Both the position numbers and the translations under genes were made by a program. Shown piece by piece: positions 18,323 through 27,919 of a DNA stretch of 64,000 bases (within the stretch, counting starts at the first letter, position 1; every line of letters begins with the position of its first letter). The stretch is from Thermoproteus sp. (GTDB lineage Archaea > Thermoproteota > Thermoprotei > Thermoproteales > Thermoproteaceae): the NCBI GenBank assembly GCA_049976425.1, contig JBMFIG010000001.1, positions 160,001 through 224,000 of the forward strand. Direction: 5' to 3'. The notes under the pieces are model-generated. The model ran no database searches, was not told the origin of the DNA, and was given only the letters and a program-made list of their open reading frames with translations.

Positions 18323-18748
18323 CTATCCACGAAAGCTATAGAGCAGAGACAAGACTTCGAAGACCTCAGTTACTAAGTCGTCAGGCATATCGCCTGTCAT
18401 GGCCTCGGGGGACGGGTGGACGTACGACGAGACTTTTAGATAAGTCCTCAAAACCCGCCTCTTGTACGGCCCCGGCAACCCGCTCCTCTCGAGCATAGAC
18501 ATGTTGAAGGACACGCCTCTACGCCCCCGCCTCTTAAGCACGTCGAGCCTAGCCTCGGGAGGGAAGCGCCTCATATAGCGCATCTGGATCCCTATCTCGA
18601 TAAGGAGCTTGAGACAACACGCCAGGGTCAGCCTGTCCCCGGATCTCCTACACGAGTCCAGAACCTTCAAGGCAAATGCCTTGACCGACCGCTCGTATTC
18701 CGACTGCTCTTCAATGGCCTCGACAGCCCTCCTCACGTCGTCCCACAC
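18323..18748 (-). CDS. Hypothetical helical protein (possible HEPN-like)
   Basis: GTG start; YLKVSSYVHP motif. The longer ORF-track version overlaps folP. Confidence 0.55.
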   Translation of the reverse strand: MWDDVRRAVEAIEEQSEYERSVKAFALKVLDSCRRSGDRLTLACCLKLLIEIGIQMRYMRRFPPEARLDVLKRRGRRGVSFNMSMLERSGLPGPYKRRVLRTYLKVSSYVHPSPEAMTGDMPDDLVTEVFEVLSLLYSFRG

Positions 18749-18778
18749 GCTTTTAATAGTCGGATTTCCCGCCTTTAT

Positions 18779-19669
18779 ATGCCCCACGCCTTCTTGGGCA
18801 AGTTGCCCGTGGGCTCCGGCCATCCGGTGAGGATTATGGGGGTTGTAAACGCCTCGCCCGAGTCCTTCTACGCAAGCTCGATCGCCGCCACGCCCGAGAA
18901 GGCCGTGGAGCTGGCAACCAGCTGGAGGGGCTTCGTGGACGTGATAGACGTGGGAGGCATGTCCACTGCGCCTTATAAGGATACGTGGGTGCCTGCAGAG
19001 GAGGAGCTGAGGCGCATCGTTCCGGTGACCAAGGCTCTCTCCCAAAACGTTGATGTGCCCATCAGCGTAGACACCTATAGGCCCAGAGTGGCCGAGGAGG
19101 CGCTCAAGGCAGGTGCCTCTATTGTAAACGACGTGACCGGCCTTAAGCTTTACCCTGAGATGTGTGGGGTGGTCAGAGATTACGGGGCATCGCTGATCTT
19201 GATGGCCCGGGAGAAGGAGCCGAGGCCCGGGGCCGACCCCGTGGATAGGCTCATCTCGGCGTTGCGGGAGAGCCTCGACGCCGCCCTTAAGTGCGGGGTT
19301 GATCCGGAGAAGATCGTCGTGGATCCCGGCATAGGGTTCCCTGTCCTACCTCCGGGAGATCTGCCGTATGTGGTTGCCGGCGAGTACAGACACGGCGATT
19401 CCCAGTGGCCTTGGTGGAGGTGGGATCTCTACATACTGAAAAACCTAGGGAGGTTCAAGGAGCTGGGTAGGCCTGTGTTGGTGGGGGCGTCCAGGAAGTC
19501 CTTCATAAGGAGGCTCGTCGGCGCGCGGACTCCCGACGAGGTCCTGCCGGGCTCGGTAGCCGCCGAGGCGCTGGCGGTACTACACGGCGCCGATATCGTG
19601 AGGACCCACAACCCTAAGGAGACCTGGCAAGCCGTCAGACTGGCGGAGGCGTTGAGAAACCTTAAATAA
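18779..19669 (+). CDS. folP: Dihydropteroate synthase
   Basis: IMGVVNASPESF, ISVDT, DPGIGF, SRKSF and IVRTH motifs. Confidence 0.9.
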   Translation: MPHAFLGKLPVGSGHPVRIMGVVNASPESFYASSIAATPEKAVELATSWRGFVDVIDVGGMSTAPYKDTWVPAEEELRRIVPVTKALSQNVDVPISVDTYRPRVAEEALKAGASIVNDVTGLKLYPEMCGVVRDYGASLILMAREKEPRPGADPVDRLISALRESLDAALKCGVDPEKIVVDPGIGFPVLPPGDLPYVVAGEYRHGDSQWPWWRWDLYILKNLGRFKELGRPVLVGASRKSFIRRLVGARTPDEVLPGSVAAEALAVLHGADIVRTHNPKETWQAVRLAEALRNLK

Positions 19670-19689
19670 ACAAATCAATATCGAAAAAC

Positions 19690-20541
19690 ATGAGAATTGC
19701 GATATCGAGAACAGGCAATAGGGTGGATGGACCCGGCGAGGGCGAGGAGATAGCCATATACGAGGTCGAGGACGGCCGATACAAGCTTGTCGAGGTCGTC
19801 GAAAACCCGGCGAAGTACGCCAAGATGGCGCAAGGCGCCGCGGCGTTGGCCGAAGCCCGCCGCCGAGGCGCGCAAGCGCTTATAGTCTCCGAGATAGGGC
19901 CTAGAGGCTTCGAGATAGCGAGAGCTTGGGGGCTAAAGGTGTACGTCTACGAGGGACTAGTCGAGGAGGCGTTGGCCAGATTCGTCGAAGGCGAATTGAA
20001 GGAGGCGGAGGGCCCTACGCACCACGAACATCACCACCACGGCGGCCACTGGCGCGGAGTGTCAGAGGACGAATACGCCCTACTGCTTAAATACACCCCT
20101 AGGGGCGGCATCGCCGCGGATCTGGGATGCGGCGCAGGTAGGCTGTGCGAGGTGTTGAAGGACTTCGCCTCGCGGGTCTACTGCGTGGATATAGACGAGG
20201 AGGCCCTCAAGGAGGTCGAGAAGATAGGTGCGCCCAACCTCTCGATACTTAGGGAGGACGTGCTCCACACATCGATACCCGGCAACTCCGTCGACGTGGT
20301 GGTCATGTCGAACGTGTTCCACGACCTCGCCGACAAGAAGGCGGCCGCGGCAGAGGTGGCCCGTATATTGAAGCAAGGAGGTCACATCATCTTGATAGAG
20401 CACAAGCCGGGCTCCCCGTTCGGGCCCCCCAGCTTTCTGAAAATGAGCCCAGACGACGTCAGAAAATATTTCAAGGGCTTCAAGGAAGTGGAGTACCAAG
20501 ACCTCGGCCACAACTACGCCTTAGTGTTCCAGAAGGCCTAA
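19690..20541 (+). CDS. NifX/NifB-like domain, His-rich linker and class I SAM methyltransferase fusion
   Basis: VVENP and IVSEIGPRG in the N-domain; HHEHHHHGGH; DLGCGAG; VFHD. Confidence 0.8.
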   Translation: MRIAISRTGNRVDGPGEGEEIAIYEVEDGRYKLVEVVENPAKYAKMAQGAAALAEARRRGAQALIVSEIGPRGFEIARAWGLKVYVYEGLVEEALARFVEGELKEAEGPTHHEHHHHGGHWRGVSEDEYALLLKYTPRGGIAADLGCGAGRLCEVLKDFASRVYCVDIDEEALKEVEKIGAPNLSILREDVLHTSIPGNSVDVVVMSNVFHDLADKKAAAAEVARILKQGGHIILIEHKPGSPFGPPSFLKMSPDDVRKYFKGFKEVEYQDLGHNYALVFQKA

Positions 20542-21140
20542 TAGCCCGCCTCGGCCAGGAAGCCCCTCAGAAGCTCCAAGAACTCCCTAGGCTTGTCCAG
20601 ATAGGCCGGATGTCCAGCTCCAGGCAGTACGGCGACCCTCGCCGACGGCAGAATCCTCTTCAGAAGAGGCGCGTATATTGAGGGAGGCGATATCTCGTCC
20701 TTCTCGCCCCATATGGCGGCGATCCGCGCATCCGACTTCGCGAGGCCGCTCTGCAGCCCCTTGTCGTCGAGGCCTACGGGCCCGACGAGCACCGCTAGAG
20801 CCGTCCCGTAGCCCAAGGCGACGTACCACATGAGCACTTCGCCTGACATCGAGGGGCCAACTATAGGCGGTTCGCCCAGCGAGAAGGCGTCCAGGATCTT
20901 CCTCAGGAATCGGGCGTAGCCCTTCGCGTCGGATCTAAACTTGGAGCTCTTGGACTTGGCCCCGTACGGCATATCGATCGCGTATACTGTGTAATTCTCG
21001 GCGAGGCTCTGGGCTATGCCGGAGGAGTACCAATTATCTGCGTTGAACGAATAGCCGTGTAGGAGGACTACGGGCTTCCCGTCGCCGCTCCTTATGTAGC
21101 GGATCCTAAGCCCTTCAAGGGACAGAGTCCCCTCCTCCAT
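20538..21140 (-). CDS. Alpha/beta hydrolase
   Basis: LLHG, GPSMSG nucleophile elbow, WGEKD, GHPAY. Confidence 0.88.
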   Translation of the reverse strand: MEEGTLSLEGLRIRYIRSGDGKPVVLLHGYSFNADNWYSSGIAQSLAENYTVYAIDMPYGAKSKSSKFRSDAKGYARFLRKILDAFSLGEPPIVGPSMSGEVLMWYVALGYGTALAVLVGPVGLDDKGLQSGLAKSDARIAAIWGEKDEISPPSIYAPLLKRILPSARVAVLPGAGHPAYLDKPREFLELLRGFLAEAGY

Positions 21141-21663
21141 GGCCGCCCACCTTCATCCTCATGAGGGAGAAGTTGTCCCTCTCGGTTATGACGGAGAGCC
21201 CCGTCCTAGTGGGGAACATCTCTATCCACACGATCTTGTCCGGCCTCGTCAAGTCGACCTTTCTGTCTATCCCCTTGGCCACATAGTCTATGACCGCCAG
21301 CCTGTCGTACTTGACGCCTCTCTTCTTCAGCTCTATCTTGAAGGTCTCGTTAGGCCCTATATGCTTCGCCGCGAGCTCCGAGGCGGCCCTCGCCACCTCG
21401 TCCAGATCGCTCTTGACGACCACCATTATCGGCGTCGCCCTCAAGACGAATCTGGGCACGTAGTATCCCGACGACACCAAATCGGCGAGCGCTCTCGTGA
21501 ACTCGAGAGGATCGCCCTCGACCTCAGCCGTGAGGAGCCCGTCGAAGCCGGTGAACCACACGTCCTTCACCCGCCGTGCTAATATATCGCCAATCTTGTA
21601 GAGCTCCTCCATGCACATCCTCTCTTGCCTCCAGCCAGTCGCCACGACCAAGTTGAAAGACAT
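21115..21663 (-). CDS. THUMP-domain RNA-binding protein
   Basis: ETFKIELKKRG and KVDLTRPDKIVWIE. Confidence 0.85.
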   Translation of the reverse strand: MSFNLVVATGWRQERMCMEELYKIGDILARRVKDVWFTGFDGLLTAEVEGDPLEFTRALADLVSSGYYVPRFVLRATPIMVVVKSDLDEVARAASELAAKHIGPNETFKIELKKRGVKYDRLAVIDYVAKGIDRKVDLTRPDKIVWIEMFPTRTGLSVITERDNFSLMRMKVGGHGGGDSVP

Positions 21664-21708
21664 CGACAGAACTTACGTGTACTAAATAAAGCTGTCCCCC
21701 GCCGCGTT

Positions 21709-22176
21709 TCAGGATCGCGCCAAGGCGCCCGGGAACACCAAGTCGTCCGAGGTGATCTCTATCAAGCCGAATAGGACGGCCCACGCTATCACCCTTCTCG
21801 TAGGCACATCGCCGCAGTAGCCCAACCCGCAGAGCATCTCGGTGACCTCGCCCAACGGCAACGGCGTCTTCCTCCTCAAGGACGCGAGGATATCGGCGAA
21901 GGGAGTAAGCGAGGCGAGCCTTCTGGCGATCTCGGCCTTAACGCTATCGAGATCTAAGACGGCCCTACGGCCCAGCTCTGTCAACTCCACATCGCCGGCC
22001 TTTACGGCCACTAGCCCTAGGGATTCGGCCGCGCCCACGGCCAAGCTTATCTCGTCGAAGTCTATCTCGACCTCCTCATCAATTCTGTAGATATCTGTCT
22101 TGCCGCCCAACGAGTGTACCACTCTCAGAAGTCCGAGGACTTGGTCGACGGCAGCCGGCTGAAACGACCTATTCAT
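21709..22176 (-). CDS. Stand-alone AAA-associated (tandem winged-helix) domain protein
   Basis: Resembles the C-terminal domain of NitT/TauT ABC ATPases (VLGLL, AAESLGLV, GDVELTELG). Confidence 0.6.
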   Translation of the reverse strand: MNRSFQPAAVDQVLGLLRVVHSLGGKTDIYRIDEEVEIDFDEISLAVGAAESLGLVAVKAGDVELTELGRRAVLDLDSVKAEIARRLASLTPFADILASLRRKTPLPLGEVTEMLCGLGYCGDVPTRRVIAWAVLFGLIEITSDDLVFPGALARS

Positions 22177-22891
22177 CCCTCAAGAGGAGATCCAAGGACT
22201 TCCTCTCCAACGAGCTTAGTTGCGACATCAAGGCCTTACAGCCGGCATCGTTGCGGGCGCGGCACAGCCTATACATGTTGAGCGCCGCCGCGTCGCCCGG
22301 CTCCTCGCGACGCGCCAGTTTCTTTAAAGCCTCGACTCTCTTCGATACACAGTCGTTGTCGGCCTCCTCGATGACCTCCACAGACTCGCCTCTACGTAGC
22401 TGTAGCTTGACAGTGCAGGTCTCCGCTATGTAGGAGACCTCGACTTTATCGGCTAGTTTGATGGCGTCCCGTCCCCGCTCTACCTGAGAGGCGAAGAACA
22501 GTAGCTTCATCGCCAACTTCGCCGCGTTTTGGGAGGGCCACGTGAGGAGCGCCAGCGCAATCCTCTTGATCTCGTTAAGATCGCTGTCTGTCAACTCCTC
22601 GGGCCTCTTGCTCAAGAGCTCCTCCACCTTGTCTAGGTCTTCAGACGTCGGTATCTTCGGCTGGGACAGAGATTTCAGCGCGACCACCTCCTCCGACGAT
22701 ATGACGCCGCGTGCGGCCAGCATATCGGTTAAATTATCGACAAGCGTGTAGGTGTGGGCCCTTATCCAGACCAAGTTCGCGAGTATTGGGTATACGAGCG
22801 ACTGTAAAGTCCTCAGAGACTTGTATAGGTAGACTGCGATCCAGACCTCGAGAACCCCGAGCGCTGCGAGAACTATGTAAATCACATCCAC
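22169..22891 (-). CDS. Hypothetical protein with N-terminal membrane anchor
   Basis: N-terminal TM then a helical soluble domain; overlaps the downstream gene. Confidence 0.65.
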   Translation of the reverse strand: MDVIYIVLAALGVLEVWIAVYLYKSLRTLQSLVYPILANLVWIRAHTYTLVDNLTDMLAARGVISSEEVVALKSLSQPKIPTSEDLDKVEELLSKRPEELTDSDLNEIKRIALALLTWPSQNAAKLAMKLLFFASQVERGRDAIKLADKVEVSYIAETCTVKLQLRRGESVEVIEEADNDCVSKRVEALKKLARREEPGDAAALNMYRLCRARNDAGCKALMSQLSSLERKSLDLLLRDE

Positions 22892-22935
22892 ACGACAACG
22901 AAGTTCTAGTTATAAAAGTTCCCCCCTCTACAATC

Positions 22936-23631
22936 CTAGAGATCGGGGGCCTCTCGATCCCAGTCACTGCAGAGATCTATATCGCCATCGTATATCACGT
23001 AGCTGTCGGCGTAACGGAACCTATGGACTTCTACGGCCCCGCCTGATTTGATAAACATAGCGAATTCGCGGGAGAACGAGGGGTCGGTGGCCCAGTTTGG
23101 CATGAAGCACTCTGCGTCCGGCCTCATGACGAGCACGACGACCTTGGCCCTATAGCCGGCGCCCATTAACGACCTCAGTAGCTTCAAGTGCTCGGCCCCT
23201 CTCTTCGTCGGGGCGTCGGGGAACAAGGCCCTGCCGTCGACGACCAGCGTACATCCCTTAACCTCGATATACATATCGCCTAGAAGGAAGTCGAGCCTGT
23301 GGTTGCCTACTTTCACCTCCCTCTTAGCCCCGCCGAGGAACAAGGAAGCCACATCGCTGTGTATCCTGCTATCGGCGACGACCCAGACGCCGTTAGGCGC
23401 CTCCACCGCTGTTATGGAGCAGTCGGTCTTCGCCCCGCGCGTGGGCCTCACAACGGCTCTAGCGCCCCTACGCACGAGCTCCGGCAGACGCCCAGGGTCG
23501 TGGAGGTGGCAGTGCTTGACGGCGCCCCCGTCCAGAACTCTGACGAGGAACCTATTGGGCCTGTCGAGTATCTCGACGAGCCTTAGAGGGCCTTCGAATC
23601 TGTAGACAATGTCCCCAACCGCGGGGGCCAT
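22936..23631 (-). CDS. sfsA: SfsA family DNA/RNA nuclease
   Basis: RPNRF, HDPGRL, RLDF, EVKGCTL and FPDAPTKRG..HL motifs. Confidence 0.9.
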   Translation of the reverse strand: MAPAVGDIVYRFEGPLRLVEILDRPNRFLVRVLDGGAVKHCHLHDPGRLPELVRRGARAVVRPTRGAKTDCSITAVEAPNGVWVVADSRIHSDVASLFLGGAKREVKVGNHRLDFLLGDMYIEVKGCTLVVDGRALFPDAPTKRGAEHLKLLRSLMGAGYRAKVVVLVMRPDAECFMPNWATDPSFSREFAMFIKSGGAVEVHRFRYADSYVIYDGDIDLCSDWDREAPDL

Positions 23632-23670
23632 AGCTACATAAATCTTATATAGTCTTAGCCCTCCCGCCCT

Positions 23671-24048
23671 ATGCCCAACGTCGAGGTTAAGGAAGTCCAA
23701 GAGGTGAGAGGATTCAGCACAATCAAGTCTGTCCCGAACAGATCCGCGCTGGCGCAAGACTTGAAGCCCGGCGTCATACTGATATTCCACGGCAAGGAGG
23801 GCGCGAATATGGTCGTCGAGGTCTTCACCCCGGATCCCAACGGCGATAAGACGCTAGGCGCTGGGAAGATGGCGGTTTACAAGTTCACGGGCTCCTCGGA
23901 CAAGGTGGACAACGCGTACGCGGCGATATTGTTCTGGGCCTTGAGCAACGGCGTCTCGCCGGGCTCTCCCACGAGGGAGGTCTACCTCAAGGTCGACAGA
24001 AACCAGACCCCGCCGGAGGTTGAGGTGGAGGTACAAGTACCTATCTAG
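23671..24048 (+). CDS. GyrI-like small-molecule-binding protein
   Basis: AVYKFTG, AYAAIL.W, PTREVY and EVQVPI pattern. Confidence 0.65.
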   Translation: MPNVEVKEVQEVRGFSTIKSVPNRSALAQDLKPGVILIFHGKEGANMVVEVFTPDPNGDKTLGAGKMAVYKFTGSSDKVDNAYAAILFWALSNGVSPGSPTREVYLKVDRNQTPPEVEVEVQVPI

Positions 24049-24643
24049 GCCTCAGAGACGCCCCTATATTTTTCAGCAGAGAGGCCAGGAAGTAGAGCCC
24101 TCTACGGGCGTCTTCGTCCAGCATCAAGGCATTCAAGGTCTCCAGGAAGCCCGGAGCCTGCGCCCTACGGCTTTCGGCCAGCGCGGCGTCCAGCGCGTGG
24201 GCGATCCTCACGGAGGCCAGTCCGTCTAGTATCTTCGGCGTCTCGTTGAGCAGATAGAAGGTGCCGGTGGTCAGATACGCCCTCGCGGCCTCGCCCAAGG
24301 CCTCGGGCTCCGCCAAGCTGGCGGCGGCGTTTAGGAGGCCCGACCTCTCTAGGCCTTCCAGGAAGGAGAGCGCCTTGGCTAAAGCGTCGGCGTTCTTGGC
24401 CAACGCCTCGAGGACAGCCGAGATCCTGTCCAGGTTCATGAGCAATGCGACGACGCCTGTGTTCAGGAGGCTCTTGGCTACGTCGCCTAGGACCTCGCCG
24501 TCTAGCAGATCCTTTAGGGTGTCCAGAAGCCCCAGCTCGTCGGCTTTGACCAATATTTCAGAGAATTTGGCCAGAGCCCGCGCCGACTCCGGGCTCAACG
24601 CCTTGGAGAGGCTCTCCGCAACGGCCAGATCTGCCTCAGACAT
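24041..24643 (-). CDS. DUF1641-like protein, SQR-associated
   Basis: Helical protein with C-terminal DEDARRGLYFLASLLKNIG; overlaps the SQR 3' end. Confidence 0.7.
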   Translation of the reverse strand: MSEADLAVAESLSKALSPESARALAKFSEILVKADELGLLDTLKDLLDGEVLGDVAKSLLNTGVVALLMNLDRISAVLEALAKNADALAKALSFLEGLERSGLLNAAASLAEPEALGEAARAYLTTGTFYLLNETPKILDGLASVRIAHALDAALAESRRAQAPGFLETLNALMLDEDARRGLYFLASLLKNIGASLRPR

Positions 24644-25818
24644 AGATCTTCGAAAGCTTCGCCGGCTCCGTCGCCTCGAAGTAGGCCTCGAATACGGGGT
24701 TCCAGAGCTCCGGGTACCTAACCATATCCCAGTAGGCCGCCGCGAACGCGATCTTGGCCAGGTGCGAGAAACGCGACGGCGGTAGCTTAACGACGGGGTT
24801 GTTGTAGTCGCTGATGACGAAGGTCCCCAGACCGTAGCCGAGATCGAATGGACAGTTTGTGCGCCCGTTGTTGCGGGCGTCCTCGCCCTGGAGCCTTCTG
24901 GCCACTACGCCTGCTTGCAAGTGCGCGGTGACTCCCGTCTTGGCAACTGGCACCGCCGACGCATCGCCTATGACAAAGGCGTCGTCGAAGCCCTTTATGT
25001 TGTTGGTGAACTTGTCGGCTTGTATGAATCTGTCGGTGGTGAGGACGTCCTCGGGCGAGATCTTCATGTCGGTGCCCACGTGGGGAGGTACCACGACCAA
25101 CGCGTCGTATTTGAGCTCCTCTCCCTCCATCGACACCGCGACTTTCCTATCCTCCTCTATCCTGTCGAGCGTGAAGAACGTGATGTACTCGACGCCGCGC
25201 TCCTTCAGGAGAGGCTCCACCACCTCGTTCATAGGCTCCGCGGGGTACGGGCGCGGGTAGGGCACCGCGAACACCACCTTGACCCTATCTCTGAGGCCAC
25301 GCGATCTGAAGAACTCCTCGGCAAGGAAGACCCCCTCGAGCGGCGACGGCGGGCACCTATAGGGATCTCCGCCGACAACTATCGCGAACGTGCCCTGTTT
25401 GAGCGAGTTCACGGTCTTCCAGACCCTCTCCGCGTTTTCTATAGTCGAGTGGTAGTCGCCGTACTTCTCCACGGCCTTCTCGTGGCCGCCTATCAGCCCG
25501 TACGTGGGCCGCGAGCCTGTAGCCACGACCAGATAGTCGTAATCCAGGGTCTTTCCATTCTCGAGGACGACCTTCCTGTTGTTGAGATCGACGGACTGGG
25601 CGCCCGACTGGATGAAGTTGACGCCCGGCTTGAGGAGCGATTATCTCCCGCTTCATGGGCCTTTTGGATCCCCTAAAGGCAACGTATAACAGCCAGGGCC
25701 AATAGTAGTGGTAGGGGCTCCTGTCGACTACAGTCACCTCGAAATCCTCCAGAGGGAGGTTGTTGGCCAGTATCGCGCCGCCGGACCCTCCGCCTATAAT
25801 TACAACGCGTCTTTTCAT
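24636..25818 (-). pseudogene. sqr: Sulfide:quinone oxidoreductase, frameshifted near 25641 (pseudogene or sequencing error)
   Basis: The N-terminal GGGSGG motif is in one frame; the rest (YDYLVVATG, CPPSP, IGDA, TNCPF) is in another. Junction reads GAG ATA A TCG CTC. Confidence 0.85.
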
Positions 25819-26054
25819 TTCTTCGCCGTGACTTTAATCACGGCGATGTAGGTCCCTCCCTCCTCTCTGAACTCCAAGAGCTGGTTGCCGGTCCGTTTAA
25901 TCCAAGCCTCTACGTCGGGCTTGAAGCCGGGGTCCGTGGCCATGACCTCTATAACATCGCCGTTTTTGGCGTTCCTATACGCCTTGACGAGCTCGGTGAT
26001 GGGCCCCGGACAAGCTATCCCCCTCGCGTCCACCTTTATTCTGTTCTCGGCCAT
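25815..26054 (-). CDS. tusA: TusA family sulfurtransferase
   Basis: DARGIACPGP, ATDPG and W...G motifs. Confidence 0.9.
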   Translation of the reverse strand: MAENRIKVDARGIACPGPITELVKAYRNAKNGDVIEVMATDPGFKPDVEAWIKRTGNQLLEFREEGGTYIAVIKVTAKK

Positions 26055-26084
26055 GCCGCCCTTGACATCACTTTTTATATGACT

Positions 26085-26107
26085 TATTACATGAAAAACA
26101 TGTAATA
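26085..26107. promoter_or_regulatory. Perfect inverted repeat TATTACATG-N5-CATGTAATA between divergent tusA and dsrE-like genes
   Basis: Seen directly; lies between two TATA-like elements. Confidence 0.7.
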
Positions 26108-26138
26108 GCACATATATAGACTTAGGGAGACGGCAACC

Positions 26139-26546
26139 ATGCCGGAGAAGATATCGATGATTGTGTTCTCGGGGACCGACGACAAGCTGATACCCGTCGG
26201 CGTCATATCGCAAGCCGCGGCGGCTCTGGGATACGAGGTACATGTGTTCTTCACGGGATGGGCCATGTTCAAGTTGCTGAAGGAGCCGGCGCCCGAGATA
26301 TGGCCTAAGGAGTTCGAGGCCATGGTGCCGAGGCTCAAGGAAGGCATGGCGAGGATAAAGGCGCCGACTTGGAAAGACATGCTCAAGCAGGCGAAGCAGA
26401 TGGGGGCTAAGGTCTACGTGTGCTCCATGATGGCTGAAGCCGCCGGCCTAAAGAAGGAGCACTTCGACCCGACCTTGGTAGACGACGTGGTGGGCGTCAC
26501 TACGTTCCTCGAAAATGCCAAAGGAGGCCAAGTACTGTTTATATAA
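26139..26546 (+). CDS. DsrE/DsrF-like (DsrE2) sulfur carrier
   Basis: VFFTGW, VYVCSM and VGVTTFL motifs. Confidence 0.85.
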   Translation: MPEKISMIVFSGTDDKLIPVGVISQAAAALGYEVHVFFTGWAMFKLLKEPAPEIWPKEFEAMVPRLKEGMARIKAPTWKDMLKQAKQMGAKVYVCSMMAEAAGLKKEHFDPTLVDDVVGVTTFLENAKGGQVLFI

Positions 26547-26572
26547 TTAGATTTACAATTTTTCTTTTTAAA

Positions 26573-27619
26573 TTACGGACCGCCCACTATACCTGCCACT
26601 TTCGGATATGGACGGGCTTCCCAGACGGCTCTCAGCCCGCAGAGATATCTCGTCAGTCTCTCTACGCCGATCCCGAACCCAGCAGTCTGCAGAGGATAGA
26701 GCTCCTTGGCCATCTGGAGGAACCACTGGTACTTAGCGGGGTCCTCGCCCGATTCCCTAATCCTCGCGACGAGCCTTTCGGGCTCGTACTCTCGTTCCGC
26801 ACCGCTTATGGCCTCCCCGAATCCTTCGGGGTACAGCATGTCGAAGTCTCTCAGTATGCCGCGCCTCTCGGGGTCCTCTCTGTCGTAGAAGCCCCTGGCG
26901 CCTCTCGGGTAATCGTAGACGAAGAACGGCGAATCGTGGTGGGCCGACATGACCTTCTCGCATTCCCACATGAGCTCCTCCTTGGGCGGGTTCCTACAGC
27001 CGAGCTTGTTCACGAACTCCACGGCCTCCCTGTGTTGATACCGCTTGAACGGCCTCTGGAATTCGCGGAGCTGTCTCCCCAACGCCTCCAGCTCCTTCCC
27101 GTGCACGTCCTTTATGTACTTAACGACATAGGTGACCAGCTCCTCGGCCACATCCATGGCGTCAATGTACGATGCCTTGTACATCTCTATATCGACTTGG
27201 TAGAACTCGACCAAGTGCCTCCCCGTGTATATGCTGTCGTTGGGCTCCAGCCTTATGTTGGGGCTGACGAAATATATCTTGCCCAGAGACGCCGCCATGT
27301 ACTGCTTGTAGAGTATAGCGGACGACATGACCTTGTACTCGGCTCCGTAGAAGTCTATCGTGGCTTGTTTGGCCCCTCTTATACCCGGATCGGTCACTGG
27401 GCCCACGATCGGCGAAAGGACCTCGACGAAGCCCTTGGAGTCGAGGAATTCCCTTATCGCCCTCAATGCAGAGGCCTGGACCTTAAACACGAGCTTGTAC
27501 TTGTCGGTGACGGCCCATCGCCACGAATACTTTACCCACTCCTCCAGCTGTTTCCTGTACCGTTCCTTATCAGCCACCATCTTCTCGAACTCAAGGACAG
27601 CCGGGTGAAGGTAGGGCAT
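26573..27619 (-). CDS. asnA: Archaeal asparagine synthetase A (AspRS/AsnRS-like catalytic core)
   Basis: Class II aaRS motifs (RHLVEFYQVD, EAISGAERE, GFGIGVERL) with no anticodon-binding domain; VTDPG motif. Confidence 0.88.
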   Translation of the reverse strand: MPYLHPAVLEFEKMVADKERYRKQLEEWVKYSWRWAVTDKYKLVFKVQASALRAIREFLDSKGFVEVLSPIVGPVTDPGIRGAKQATIDFYGAEYKVMSSAILYKQYMAASLGKIYFVSPNIRLEPNDSIYTGRHLVEFYQVDIEMYKASYIDAMDVAEELVTYVVKYIKDVHGKELEALGRQLREFQRPFKRYQHREAVEFVNKLGCRNPPKEELMWECEKVMSAHHDSPFFVYDYPRGARGFYDREDPERRGILRDFDMLYPEGFGEAISGAEREYEPERLVARIRESGEDPAKYQWFLQMAKELYPLQTAGFGIGVERLTRYLCGLRAVWEARPYPKVAGIVGGP

Positions 27620-27919
27620 GGCCGACGTTACGACGTCTCATTTAAAACATTACGAGAAAATATACATAAATTCGCCGATGATGGTGAAGCCTATATCTGG
27701 ATCGCTCCGGAATACGCGATACATATGACCAATTTATCCGTATATGCTCGGTAAATATTATTATCGACTTCAGTTTTACTATGGACGGTCGATAGACGGA
27801 AGAAGACGTATAAATTTCCTTAAATCACGGGATAGGCAACTTTGCATATTCAGTTAGAAGCCGATATAGGCCATATATTTTTCCGATGGTTTATTTAATA
27901 TCGTCCAATACGTCGACTG

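Noticed and set aside
26573-27619. Truncated Asn/Asp-tRNA ligase pseudogene
   Set aside because: Absence of the anticodon domain is the normal architecture of archaeal asparagine synthetase A.
27675-27730. Possible box C/D sRNA (GATGATG ... ATGA)
   Set aside because: Boxes are non-canonical, with no CTGA at the proper spacing.
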